A DNA stretch of 64,000 nucleotides from Planctomycetota bacterium (GTDB taxonomy: Bacteria > Planctomycetota > PLA2 > JAEUHO01), in assembly GCA_965223505.1 (NCBI GenBank), contig CBDCWP010000044.1, positions 160,001-224,000 of the forward strand, written 5' to 3'. Positions 40,025 through 53,211 of the stretch are shown here, piece after piece. A model generated the notes under the pieces. It did not search any database. It was given only the letters and a program-made list of their open reading frames with translations, and was not told the origin of the DNA. Numbering within the stretch: the first letter of the stretch is position 1; every line of letters starts with the position of its first letter. Position numbers and translations under genes: made by a program.

Positions 40025-42325
40025 ATGCCCCGTTCGTCCCTCCTGGTCTTTGCCGCCGTCCTGACCGTGGGATGGATGTGCGTCGAGCCTGCGCCGACGC
40101 CGGCTGACGCCTCGCCCACGGCGACCCAGCAGTTCCTCGCGAAATGGTGCATCGATTGCCACGGCAGCGAGGGGGCCGAAGCCGAGCTGTACCTCGAGGG
40201 GTTCGATCCCACCGCGCGCGACCTCGACACGCTCTCGACCCTGCGCAAGGTCCGCGAACGCATCGATGCGCGGCTGATGCCCCCCGCCGAGTTCCCGCAA
40301 CCCGACGCCGAAGAGCGGCGTTCCGTTCTCGCCGGTCTGGATCGACTGATCCTCGCCGGCGCCGAGGCGCTGCCCCCCGATCCGGGCCGCGTCACCGTGC
40401 GCCGCCTCAGCCGCGTCGAGTATGCGAACACGGTCCGCGACCTCTTGTCCGTGGACTTCGAGCCCTCCGACTCCTTTCCCGCGGACGACCTCGGGTACGG
40501 CTTCGACAACATCGGCGACGTGCTGTCGCTCTCGCCGCTCCTGCTCGAGAAATACGCGGCGGCCGCCGAGCAGATCGCGCTCGAAGCCGTCCACCTCGAA
40601 CCCGAGACGCCGCCCGTCCGGCGCTTCCAAGCGGAGACGATGGAGGTGTCGAACGAAGGCGCGGGGCGCGCGCAGGGGGACGTCTTCAACCTGTGGTCGA
40701 ACGGCGAGCTCTCCCAGCTGGTCACCGTGCCGCGCGACGGCGACTACGTCCTGCGCGCGTTCGTCTACGGCGAGCAGGCCGGGCCCGAGCCGGCGCGTAT
40801 GGACTTCGTCGTCGACGGGAAGACGGTCCGTACGCTCGACGTGCCCGAGACGTACGAGAAGCCGGCGACGCCCGCCGTCGAGCTACGCCTGACCCAGGGC
40901 CGCCACACGATCGGCGTGGCGTTCGTCAACGACTACTACCGGCCCGACGATCCCGATCCGGCGCAGCGCGACCGCAACATGCACTTCGACTGGGTCGAGC
41001 TCGAGGGACCGGTCGACGAGCTCCCCGTTCCCGCGTCGCATCGACGGCTCTTCGCGAACGACCCGGGCAAGGGCACGCCGGCGCGTCGCGCGAAGCCGAT
41101 TCTCGAGGATCTGTGCAGCCGCGCCTGGCGACGCCCCGTCACCGGCGCCGAGGTCAAGCGCCTGACCAGGCTGGTGGAAGGCGCGATCGAGGACGGGAGC
41201 AGCTTCGAAGCGGGCATTCAGCTGGCGCTGCGTGCCGCGCTCGTCTCGCCTCACTTCCTCTTTCGGCTCGAACCCGGGGCCGCGACGGGCAAGAAGGGCA
41301 CCACGCGCCCCCTGCGCGACTACGCGCTGGCGACGCGGCTCTCCTACTTCCTGTGGAGCAGCATGCCGGACGACGAGCTCTTCGCGCTCGCCAAGCGGCG
41401 CAAGCTGCGCGAGCCCCCGGTGCTGGCGGCGCAGGTCGAGCGGATGTTGGCGGACCCGAAGGCGTCGTCGCTCGCGACGAACTTCGCGGTGCAGTGGCTG
41501 GAGCTTCACAATCTCGACGACGCGCAGCCCGATCCGGAGCGCTTCCCCGGCTTCGACGAGGCGCTGCGCCGCGCGATGCGGCGCGAGAGCGAGCTGTTCA
41601 TCGACGCGATCGTGCGCGAGGAGCGCGATGTCCGCGAGATCGTGGACGCGGACTTCACGTTCATGAACGGACCGTTGGCGGCGCACTACGGCTACGACAA
41701 GATCCAGGGCCCCGCGTTCCGGCGCGTGGAGCTCGAGGGCAAGCGCCGGGGCGGCGTGCTGTCGCACGCCGGCGTTCTGACGGTCACGTCGAACCCGACG
41801 CGCACGTCTCCGGTCAAGCGCGGCAAGTGGGTGCTCGAGAATCTGCTGGACGCGGGAACGCCGCCGCCGCCGCCGGGCGCCGACTCCCTCGACGAAGAGC
41901 AGGTCACGCAGAGCGCACGCTCGTTGCGCGAGCAGCTCGAGCGGCACCGGGCCAAGCCGGAGTGCGCGGTTTGCCACGACCGGATGGACGCTCTCGGATT
42001 CGCGCTCGAGAACTACGACGCGGTCGGCAAGTGGCGACACATCGACGGCGGCAAGCTGATCGACGCCTCCGGCGTGCTGCCGGGGGGGCGCGAGCTGAAC
42101 GGCGCGGCGGATCTCAAGGCGGTGCTGCGCAAGGACCGCGCGTTCTTGCGGTGCCTCACGAAGAAGCTCTTCACGTTCGCGGTCGGCCGCAACCCGACGC
42201 CCGCGGACGAGCTGGCGATCTACGCCTTGGCCGCGTCGCTGCCGCACGAACGGGTTACGATGAGGCAGATCATCCTGCGCATCGTGGAGCTCCCCGCGTT
42301 CCGCCTGCGCAAGGTGCGGGAGTAG
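40025..42325 (+). CDS. DUF1592/1588/1587/1595/1585 protein with cytochrome c motifs
   Basis: CIDCH, RRLSRVEYANTVRDL, LATRLSYFLWSSMPD, TSPVKRGKWV, CAVCH..MD.LGF. Confidence 0.93.
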   Translation: MPRSSLLVFAAVLTVGWMCVEPAPTPADASPTATQQFLAKWCIDCHGSEGAEAELYLEGFDPTARDLDTLSTLRKVRERIDARLMPPAEFPQPDAEERRSVLAGLDRLILAGAEALPPDPGRVTVRRLSRVEYANTVRDLLSVDFEPSDSFPADDLGYGFDNIGDVLSLSPLLLEKYAAAAEQIALEAVHLEPETPPVRRFQAETMEVSNEGAGRAQGDVFNLWSNGELSQLVTVPRDGDYVLRAFVYGEQAGPEPARMDFVVDGKTVRTLDVPETYEKPATPAVELRLTQGRHTIGVAFVNDYYRPDDPDPAQRDRNMHFDWVELEGPVDELPVPASHRRLFANDPGKGTPARRAKPILEDLCSRAWRRPVTGAEVKRLTRLVEGAIEDGSSFEAGIQLALRAALVSPHFLFRLEPGAATGKKGTTRPLRDYALATRLSYFLWSSMPDDELFALAKRRKLREPPVLAAQVERMLADPKASSLATNFAVQWLELHNLDDAQPDPERFPGFDEALRRAMRRESELFIDAIVREERDVREIVDADFTFMNGPLAAHYGYDKIQGPAFRRVELEGKRRGGVLSHAGVLTVTSNPTRTSPVKRGKWVLENLLDAGTPPPPPGADSLDEEQVTQSARSLREQLERHRAKPECAVCHDRMDALGFALENYDAVGKWRHIDGGKLIDASGVLPGGRELNGAADLKAVLRKDRAFLRCLTKKLFTFAVGRNPTPADELAIYALAASLPHERVTMRQIILRIVELPAFRLRKVRE

Positions 42326-42330
42326 GGCCC

Positions 42331-43665
42331 TTGGCGAACTTCGTCCAGCGCAAGCACCTCTCACGCCGAGCGTTTCTCGGCGGCGTGGGCGCCGCCGTCG
42401 CCCTGCCGTGGCTGGACGCGATGGTGCCGGCGTTCGCCGGTCCCAAGGACGAACGACGCCCGACGCGGGCCGTGTTCGTCTTCGCGCCGAACGGCAAGAA
42501 GATGGACGACTGGACCCCGCCCAACGAAGGGACCGGCTACACGCTGCCCTACCTGCTCGAGCCGCTGAAGCCGCACAAGAAGAGCGTGCTGGTGCTGACG
42601 GGCATGACCATCGACGGCGGCCGGGCCCATGGCGACGGCCCCGGCGACCACGCGCGCTCCGCGGCGTCCTTCCTGACGTGCGCGCATCCCGTGAAGACGG
42701 GCGGCGCGGACATCGAGGCGGGTGTCTCCATCGACCAGCGCATCGCTTCGCAGGTGGGCAAGGCGACCACGTTCCCGTCGCTCGAGCTCGGGATCGAAGG
42801 CGGGCGCTCGGGCGGCGTCTGCGACTCCGGCTACAGCTGCGCCTACAGCAACAACATCTCGTGGCGCACACCGAGCTTGCCGATGGCCAAGGAGACCAAG
42901 CCGCGGCTGGTGTTCGCGCGCCTCTTCGGCGACCCGAACTCCATGGAGAGCGAGAAGGAGCGGGCGAAGCGGCGCGCCGAGCAACGCAGCGTCCTCGACG
43001 CGGCGCTGGAAGACGCCAAGAAGCTCGCGGGAAAGCTCGGCAAGAAGGACCGCGCCAAGCTCGACGAGTACCTGACGGCCGTGCGCGAGCTCGAAGAGCG
43101 GCTCGGCAAGCAGACGAACGAAGAGGCCGACATCGAGGTGCCCGAAGGCCTGATGGACAGCGGTGGGTACGAGCACAAGCCGCGCTTGATGTACGACATC
43201 ATCGCGCTCGCCCTGCAGTCCGACATGACGCGCACGATCACGCTCATGCTGGGCAACGGCGGAAGCAATCGCTCGTATCGCTACATCGGCGTGCCCGAAG
43301 GCCATCACAACATCTCGCACCACGGCAACGAGACCGAGAAGCTCGAGGGCATTCGCAAGATCAACCGCTGGCACATGGAGCAGTTCGCGGCGTTCCTCGA
43401 TCGCATGGCGTCCATCGACGACGGCGGCAAGAGCCTGCTCGATCGTTCCCTCGTGCTGTACGGATCCGGGTTGAGCGACGGCAACAGGCACAACCACGAG
43501 GACCTGCCGGTGCTCGTCGCCGGAAAGGGCAACGGGAAGTGGCGGACGGGACGCCACGACAAGTTCCCCAAGGAAACACCGATGGCCAATCTCTACATGG
43601 CCATGCTGAAGCAGCTGGATCTTCCGGCCGATCCGTTCGCCGACGGCGACAAGCCGTTGTTCTAG
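42331..43665 (+). CDS. DUF1552 (HxxSHH) protein
   Basis: TTG start; Tat-like SRRAFL..LPWLDAM, CDSGYSCAY, HHNISHH, DGNRHNH. Confidence 0.93.
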   Translation: MANFVQRKHLSRRAFLGGVGAAVALPWLDAMVPAFAGPKDERRPTRAVFVFAPNGKKMDDWTPPNEGTGYTLPYLLEPLKPHKKSVLVLTGMTIDGGRAHGDGPGDHARSAASFLTCAHPVKTGGADIEAGVSIDQRIASQVGKATTFPSLELGIEGGRSGGVCDSGYSCAYSNNISWRTPSLPMAKETKPRLVFARLFGDPNSMESEKERAKRRAEQRSVLDAALEDAKKLAGKLGKKDRAKLDEYLTAVRELEERLGKQTNEEADIEVPEGLMDSGGYEHKPRLMYDIIALALQSDMTRTITLMLGNGGSNRSYRYIGVPEGHHNISHHGNETEKLEGIRKINRWHMEQFAAFLDRMASIDDGGKSLLDRSLVLYGSGLSDGNRHNHEDLPVLVAGKGNGKWRTGRHDKFPKETPMANLYMAMLKQLDLPADPFADGDKPLF

Positions 43666-43815
43666 CGATCGAAGGCCCGTAGCTCTGTTCGCATTCACGT
43701 CATGAAGAACAGCCCGGCGCTGCGGCTGTACGAGCGGCTGGGGTTTCGCGAGATCGACGACATCGGCACGCATCACTACATGGGCTGGAGCCCCGAACGT
43801 CCCGGCTCCGGTTGA
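43666..43815 (+). pseudogene. 3' remnant of a GNAT acetyltransferase
   Basis: VRIHVMKNSPALRLYERLGFREIDDIGTHHYMGW then stop, matching GNAT motif B; no 5' portion. Confidence 0.65.
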
Positions 43816-43874
43816 CGGCCGGTGACGCGCGATGGTGCAATGAGGATTCGTCCCCTTTGATCGGAGCGCGCACC

Positions 43875-47549
<3,675 letters not shown>

Positions 47550-47771
47550 CCAATCGTCGTTTCGTTCTGCAACGACTGCGTCGCAACTTGCAACAGCGAA
47601 CACGTGTTCGCGTCCGCGCCGATTCGACATGGTTGCCGGATATGAAGACAAAGCCATGCTCCGGTTCGTGAACGGTTCAGCTTCCACGATTGCACTTGCG
47701 CTGCACACACCCTCCCCCGGCAAGGCGACGTCCCCTCGCCTCGGAACGTGGATGTCGGGGGGCTGTGAAGC

Positions 47772-48206
47772 CTAGGCGCGCATGGCCTTGACCGCGGCGG
47801 CGACGTCCTTGCCCTCCACGGCGGCGCCCGCGCTCTTGAGGTGTTTCATCGCCACGCCCGTGGCCTGACCGTCGTTGCTGGCCGCCCTGATCGCGTCCGC
47901 AACCGGATCGAGCGCTGCGACGAGCGCGTCGCCGGACAACGTCTGCGGCAACAGCGACTTCAGGATCGCCGTCTCCTGCCGCAAGCGCTCTTTCCGCTCC
48001 TCGTCCTGGATGACGTCGAGCGACTCCTCGTTCGACTTGACCAGCTTGCGCAGGATCTTGGCGACGTCGCCGTCACTCAGGTCCTTGTTGTCGCGCGACT
48101 CCGCCGCCTGCACCTCGCCCAGCGCGACGCGCAAAATGTCCTTCTCGAGCTTCTCGCCCGCCTTCATGGCGGCGAGCATCCGGGCCTTCATCTCGTCCTT
48201 GAGCAT
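47772..48206 (-). CDS. GatB/YqeY domain protein
   Basis: AAMKAGEK....LR..LGEV, LRKLVKSNEES, E..IL..LLPQ.LS. Confidence 0.88.
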   Translation of the reverse strand: MLKDEMKARMLAAMKAGEKLEKDILRVALGEVQAAESRDNKDLSDGDVAKILRKLVKSNEESLDVIQDEERKERLRQETAILKSLLPQTLSGDALVAALDPVADAIRAASNDGQATGVAMKHLKSAGAAVEGKDVAAAVKAMRA

Positions 48207-48314
48207 GGTCCTCTCGCTTTCTGCGGCCGAAGCTAGCAACCCGGGCCGGGGCGTCCACGCTTGGACCCATCCACTGCCGATGCCGCTTCGGTACAGTGGG
48301 GGCGGGGGCCGCCC

Positions 48315-49598
48315 GTGCGTCTACTTCTCTTCGTCGTCTGTGTCTGTTGGTTGGCGTGCCGTCCCGCGACGGCCGATGACGGTGCGGAAGGGTTCCAGTT
48401 CGACGACGTCGAGCTCCTCCCGATGTCGGAGCACGAGTGGCAGCTGTTGCACAGCGAGAATCTCGAGCTCTTCGGACGTGTGGAAGCGGCCTATTACGAA
48501 CGTCAGGGGCTGCGCGAGCGACTTGCGGAAGACGGGGCGTCGGCGTGGCTACGGGCGGAGCTGAAGAACGCGGAGGCGGCCTGGCGTGAGCGCTACGCGG
48601 GCATGGTCGCGCTGCTCGCGAAGCACGGCGTCGCGGCGGACGCGTTCCGCCGGATCTGCGTCGCCCCGCGCGTCGTCGCGCGCGTCGAACGATTCGCGCA
48701 CGCACAGATCCTGGGGCTGCGTCTGACGGAAGCCCAACGCAGGCTGTTCGAGCGCGTGGTGCATGCGGTCGACGCCGCACACGTCGTGCTGAGCCGCCCG
48801 CCGCGCATCGCGGATGCGGGCACGATCGACGAGGACCGCGTCATCGAGTTGGTGCGGAACGCGAACGAGCATCGACGCTGGGAGATCGAGCACCGTATGT
48901 GGCGGCTGGTCGACTATCTGCTCGACGCCGAACAGAAACGCGCCCTGCGCGTTCGACTGCCGATGCGGTACCGCAACTGGGACGACCTCTTCGCCCACGC
49001 CGGGCAAATCCCGGGGCTCACCTTGGGGCAGGCCGCGCGGGTGCGCGCGGCGAAGGCGAGCTTCGAAGCCGACGTCGGGCCCGACGAAGCGCTCATCCCC
49101 AGGCTCGAGCGCGAGCTCGAGGGAGATGTGCCGGACGCGTCCCGGGAAGCCAAGGAGATCGAGCTGCATCAGGCGAACGTGCGGATCGCGCGGGCGCACC
49201 GGGACGCCCTGAAGCGCCTGCGCGCCATTCTGGGCGACGCGTTCTCGCGTCTGCTCGCGGTGCCGCCGCAGATCGCTCCGGAGGAACGCCGCGAGGAGCC
49301 GGCGTCGTTGTTCGCCGGCGTCGCGTTCGACGATGCGCAGATCGCGCGACTGGCGAAGATCAGCGCGGAGTTCCGCACGCTGCGCGAGCGCCACGAGCGC
49401 GCGCTTGCTGTGCTGGAGAGAGAGCTCGACGAAATCGGGCCCGACTCGCCGCAGATGCGCGCGATGGAGATGAAGCAGGCGGGAATGGCCGGTGAGCTGA
49501 ATCTGCAGATGTTGGTCCTGATGGGGGAAGTGTTCCGCGACGTGATGTCTCTCGATCAGGTCGTTGCTTGGGTCCTGCAAGCACCCGAGGAGGATTGA
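48315..49598 (+). CDS. Exported helical hypothetical protein
   Basis: GTG start, signal peptide; LTEAQ/LDAEQ/LTLGQ LTxxQ-like repeats. Confidence 0.65.
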   Translation: MRLLLFVVCVCWLACRPATADDGAEGFQFDDVELLPMSEHEWQLLHSENLELFGRVEAAYYERQGLRERLAEDGASAWLRAELKNAEAAWRERYAGMVALLAKHGVAADAFRRICVAPRVVARVERFAHAQILGLRLTEAQRRLFERVVHAVDAAHVVLSRPPRIADAGTIDEDRVIELVRNANEHRRWEIEHRMWRLVDYLLDAEQKRALRVRLPMRYRNWDDLFAHAGQIPGLTLGQAARVRAAKASFEADVGPDEALIPRLERELEGDVPDASREAKEIELHQANVRIARAHRDALKRLRAILGDAFSRLLAVPPQIAPEERREEPASLFAGVAFDDAQIARLAKISAEFRTLRERHERALAVLERELDEIGPDSPQMRAMEMKQAGMAGELNLQMLVLMGEVFRDVMSLDQVVAWVLQAPEED

Positions 49599-49601
49599 CG
49601 G

Positions 49602-50382
49602 TTGGCACGCCTACGGCTGATTCACTGGAACGAAGCGGAGGCGAAACCGCGTATCGCGACGCTTCGCAAGGCCGGACACAGCGTGTCGCATGACGCGTCC
49701 TGGGGCGGCGCGTCGTTTCGCAAGATCCGCGAGCGGCCGCCGCAGGCGGTGGTGATCGACCTCACGCGGTTGCCGTCGCACGGTCGAGAGATCGCGATGA
49801 CGCTGCGTACGAGCAAGTCCACGCGGCACGTTCCGCTCGTGTTCGTCGACGGCGACCCGGCCAAGGTGCGGCGCATCCGTGATCTGCTGCCGGACGCGGC
49901 GTACACGACGTGGTCGCGCGTACGCGGAAGCATCACGAAGGCGATCGAGCATCCGCCGAAGAACCCCGTCGTTCCGTCGTCGAACCTGGCGGGCTACTCG
50001 GGCACGCCGCTTTCGAAGAAGCTCGGCAATCAAGTCCGGATGCGTCGTGGGGCTCGTCGGCGCCCCGCCCGGCTTCGAAGAGACGTTGGGCGCGCTCCCC
50101 CAACGACGTCACCCTGCGACGCTCGGCGCGCGGCACGCTCGACCCTCGTCATCTGGTTCGTGTCTTCCGCGTCCGAGCTGCGCAAGCGCGTGAAACGGAT
50201 GGGAGAGATCGCGGGCGGCGGCGGACTCTGGATCGCGTGGCCCAAGAAAGGCGTCGGGCGTTCGAAGCGATCTCGACGGCAACGTCGTTCGCAGGACGGG
50301 CCTCTCGTCGGGCCTCGTGGACTACAAAGTCTGTGCGATCGACGAGACGTGGTCCGGGCTGCGTTTCGCGAAGCGCAAGTAG
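49602..50382 (+). CDS. Receiver-like domain fused to a DUF3052-like domain (four apparent +1 frameshifts, 50029-50250)
   Basis: VVIDLTRLPSHG; AGYSGTPLSKKLG-IK; GLWIAWPKK; GLVDYKVCAIDETWSGLRF spread over successive frames. Confidence 0.75.
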
Positions 50383-50442
50383 CGCTTGATCCTCCGAATC
50401 CGTACGCTACGCCGCTTCGACGTGCGCAACGGGAGGGGTCGC

Positions 50443-52275
50443 ATGACGGACGAGCACCGGGAGGACGAGGGCGGCATCGGCGAGGTGATCGAGGCCCCGG
50501 CGGACGGCGATCCGATCTACCGCCCGGCGCCGAACGAGCTCCAGCTCACCATTCGTGCCGTCGTGGTCGGCTGCGTGCTCGGCGCGCTCGTTTCGGCGAT
50601 GAACATCTACTTCGGTCTGCGAACGGGCTGGGGCATCGGCGGGTCGCTGATCGCCGCGATCCTCTCGTACGCCGCGTTCGCCACGTTCCGTCCGTCACGT
50701 GCGTTCACGCCGCTCGAGACCAACATCGCCCAGACGTCGGGATCGGCCGCGGGCTCCATGTCGTCCACGGCGGGCCTCATTGCCTGCATTCCGGCGCTCA
50801 CGATGCTGGGTTACGACTTCAGCTACATCGAGCTGACGCTGTGGGTGGCGTCGGTGGCTTGGCTCGGCGTGTTCTACGCCGTGCCGTTGCGCCGGCAGAT
50901 GGTCCTGTCCGAGAAGCTACGCTTCCCGACCGGGACCGCGACGGCCAACACGATCGTCGCCATGTTCGGCTCGGGCGCCGAGACGGTTCGCAAGGCCAAG
51001 GCGTTGTTGATCTGGGCGGTCATCGCGGGCCTCTACACGATCGGCGCGTACTTCATCCCGGACATGGAGTCCCCGCCGCTCGCGAAGTGGGCGCCGATGA
51101 TCTTCGCGGTTCCCGCGAGCTTCACCTTCTCGCTGATGGTGAGCCCGTTGCTTTGGGGCGCCGGCATCCTCGTCGGCATGCGCGTCTCGCTCTCGCTCGT
51201 CGGCGGCGCGATCGTCGCCTGGGCACTGCTGGTCCCGTTCGTCGAGAGCCAAGGGTGGGTTTCGTCGTCGCGGATGAGCTACGCCACCGGCGCGCGCGGT
51301 TGGATCCTCTGGCCGGGCGTCGCGATCATGGTCGCCGACGCGCTCACGAACCTCGCGTTGTCGTGGCGGAGCATCGTCGGCACGTTCAAGATGAAGCTCG
51401 GGGACGACGACGAGGGCGCGCTTGAGGATCCCGCGCAGGCCATTCCCAACAAGTGGTGGATCGGCGGGCTGACGATCGCCTCGATCCTGACGATCGTCAC
51501 GGTCTGGCTCGTGTTCGACATCTCTCCGATCCTCACGTTGATCGCGATCGTCATGTCGAGCGTGCTGGCGGCGATCGCGACACGATCCACGGGCGAGACC
51601 GACATCAACCCCATCGGCGGCATGGGCAAGGTGACCCAGCTCGTGTACGGCGGGCTCGCGCCGGGACAGATGGACACCAACCTGCTGGCCGCCGGCGTCA
51701 CCGGCGCCGGCGCGTCGCAGGCGGCCGACATGATGCAGGACTTGAAGACGGGCCATCTGCTCGGCGCATCGCCGCGCAAGCAGCTCATCGCGCAGCTTGC
51801 CGGCATCGCGTCCGGCGTCCTGTTGTGCGTGCCGATCTACCGGCTGCAGACGGATGCCTACACACTGGGCTCCGACAAGCTGCCTGCCCCCGCTGCCATG
51901 GCGTGGAAGGCGCTGGCCGAGGTGCTGGCCAAGGGCTTCGAGGCGCTACCGACCAACGCGGCGTGGGGGGTGCTCGGCGGCCTCATCGTCGGCATCGCCG
52001 TTCCGTTGCTGCGGCGCAAGTCCAAGCGGGCCCGCGCCGTCCTCCCGGTCGGGATCGCGTTCGGCATCGCGTTCATCATCCCGGCGTTCTACTCGCTGTG
52101 CTTCCTGTTCGGCGCCGTCGGGTACGCCATCTGGCGCAAGCTGAATCGTCCCGCGGCCGAGGCGCTCGGTTTCGCCGTGGCGTCGGGGCTCATTGCCGGC
52201 GAAGGACTGATGGGACTCGTCACCGCCGCAATGAAGCTGGCCGGTGTCGAGCCGCTGATTCCGCCGACGCACTGA
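50443..52275 (+). CDS. OPT-family oligopeptide transporter (YSL-like)
   Basis: LETNIAQT, LRFPTGTATA, GETDINP, MQDLKTG.LLGASPR.Q, SGLIAGE. Confidence 0.93.
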   Translation: MTDEHREDEGGIGEVIEAPADGDPIYRPAPNELQLTIRAVVVGCVLGALVSAMNIYFGLRTGWGIGGSLIAAILSYAAFATFRPSRAFTPLETNIAQTSGSAAGSMSSTAGLIACIPALTMLGYDFSYIELTLWVASVAWLGVFYAVPLRRQMVLSEKLRFPTGTATANTIVAMFGSGAETVRKAKALLIWAVIAGLYTIGAYFIPDMESPPLAKWAPMIFAVPASFTFSLMVSPLLWGAGILVGMRVSLSLVGGAIVAWALLVPFVESQGWVSSSRMSYATGARGWILWPGVAIMVADALTNLALSWRSIVGTFKMKLGDDDEGALEDPAQAIPNKWWIGGLTIASILTIVTVWLVFDISPILTLIAIVMSSVLAAIATRSTGETDINPIGGMGKVTQLVYGGLAPGQMDTNLLAAGVTGAGASQAADMMQDLKTGHLLGASPRKQLIAQLAGIASGVLLCVPIYRLQTDAYTLGSDKLPAPAAMAWKALAEVLAKGFEALPTNAAWGVLGGLIVGIAVPLLRRKSKRARAVLPVGIAFGIAFIIPAFYSLCFLFGAVGYAIWRKLNRPAAEALGFAVASGLIAGEGLMGLVTAAMKLAGVEPLIPPTH

Positions 52276-52346
52276 TCCTGCGCAACCTCCCGCAGGGTCG
52301 AGAGACCCGACTTTCGCCTCTCTCGCTGCTTTCGAGCGATCTCCGC

Positions 52347-52383
52347 TTGACGCGCCCATGTTTGGGATTATTTTCCCAAATAT
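52347..52383 (+). promoter_or_regulatory. Sigma70-type promoter with overlapping inverted-repeat operator
   Basis: TTGACG-N16-TATTTT; ATGTTTGGGA-N6-TCCCAAATAT (9/10 palindrome) abutting the ATG; AT-rich patch in GC-rich DNA. Confidence 0.7.
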
Positions 52384-53211
52384 ATGAGCGACCTCGGCCA
52401 GCTCCCGCATGCCGTCCGCCGGCTTCTTCGCCCGCTGGCAGGCATCCTGCTCGACCACGGCGTCCCGCACGCCGCGTTCGCGGAATGGGCCAAGCACGCG
52501 TACGTCGAGGAAGCGGAGCGGCGGGGCGGCGTGGGCGGCCGGAAGATCAGCGCGTCCCGGCTCTCCGTGGTCACGGGCCTCACGCGCAAGGACGTCGCGC
52601 GAATCCGCGCTCTTCCGGACGGAAGCGGCGGTGAAGCCGCGGCGCGCTATCACCGGGCGTCCCGGGTGGTCACCGCCTGGATACGGGAGCCGGCGTACAC
52701 GGACGGTGACGGGTGCCCGCGCGCGCTTCCGATCGAGGGGGCGGAGCCGAGCTTCGCGGCGCTCGTGCGTTCGTTCGCGGGCGACGTGCCGCACATCGCC
52801 ATGCTCGACGAGCTCGAGCGGGTCGGCACCGTGGAGCGCGTCGACGACGGCGACGTGCGCCTACTCGCGCGCGCCTACGTTCCGCGCCAGAGCGAGGACG
52901 ACAAGCTCGAGATCCTCGGCGCCGACGTCGCCGGGTTGATCGAGACGATCTCGCACAACCTCGACAACGAGGGCGCCGCGGCGCGCTTTCAGCGCAAGGT
53001 CTACTACGACAACATGCCCGAGGAGGCGCTGCCCGAGCTCAAGGCGCTCACGGCAAAGCACAGCCAGGCGCTGCTCGAGCTGCTCGATCGCTGGATGTCC
53101 AAGCACGATCGCGATGCGACCCCAAACGTGACCGGTACCGGGCGCAGGGGCGCCGGCATCGGCATCTACTACTTCGAGAACGATCTCGACGACGAGGAAT
53201 CGCAGTCATGA
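52384..53211 (+). CDS. DUF6502-type protein (N-terminal HTH-like)
   Basis: LLRPLA..L...GV, SRLSVVTGLTRKDV, FQRKVYYDN, GIGIYYFE. Confidence 0.85.
   Translation: MSDLGQLPHAVRRLLRPLAGILLDHGVPHAAFAEWAKHAYVEEAERRGGVGGRKISASRLSVVTGLTRKDVARIRALPDGSGGEAAARYHRASRVVTAWIREPAYTDGDGCPRALPIEGAEPSFAALVRSFAGDVPHIAMLDELERVGTVERVDDGDVRLLARAYVPRQSEDDKLEILGADVAGLIETISHNLDNEGAAARFQRKVYYDNMPEEALPELKALTAKHSQALLELLDRWMSKHDRDATPNVTGTGRRGAGIGIYYFENDLDDEESQS

Noticed and set aside
43663..43665. Pyrrolysine or TAG read-through fusing DUF1552 to the GNAT fragment
   Set aside because: DUF1552 ends at its usual C-terminus, the GNAT piece is incomplete, and there is no pyl context
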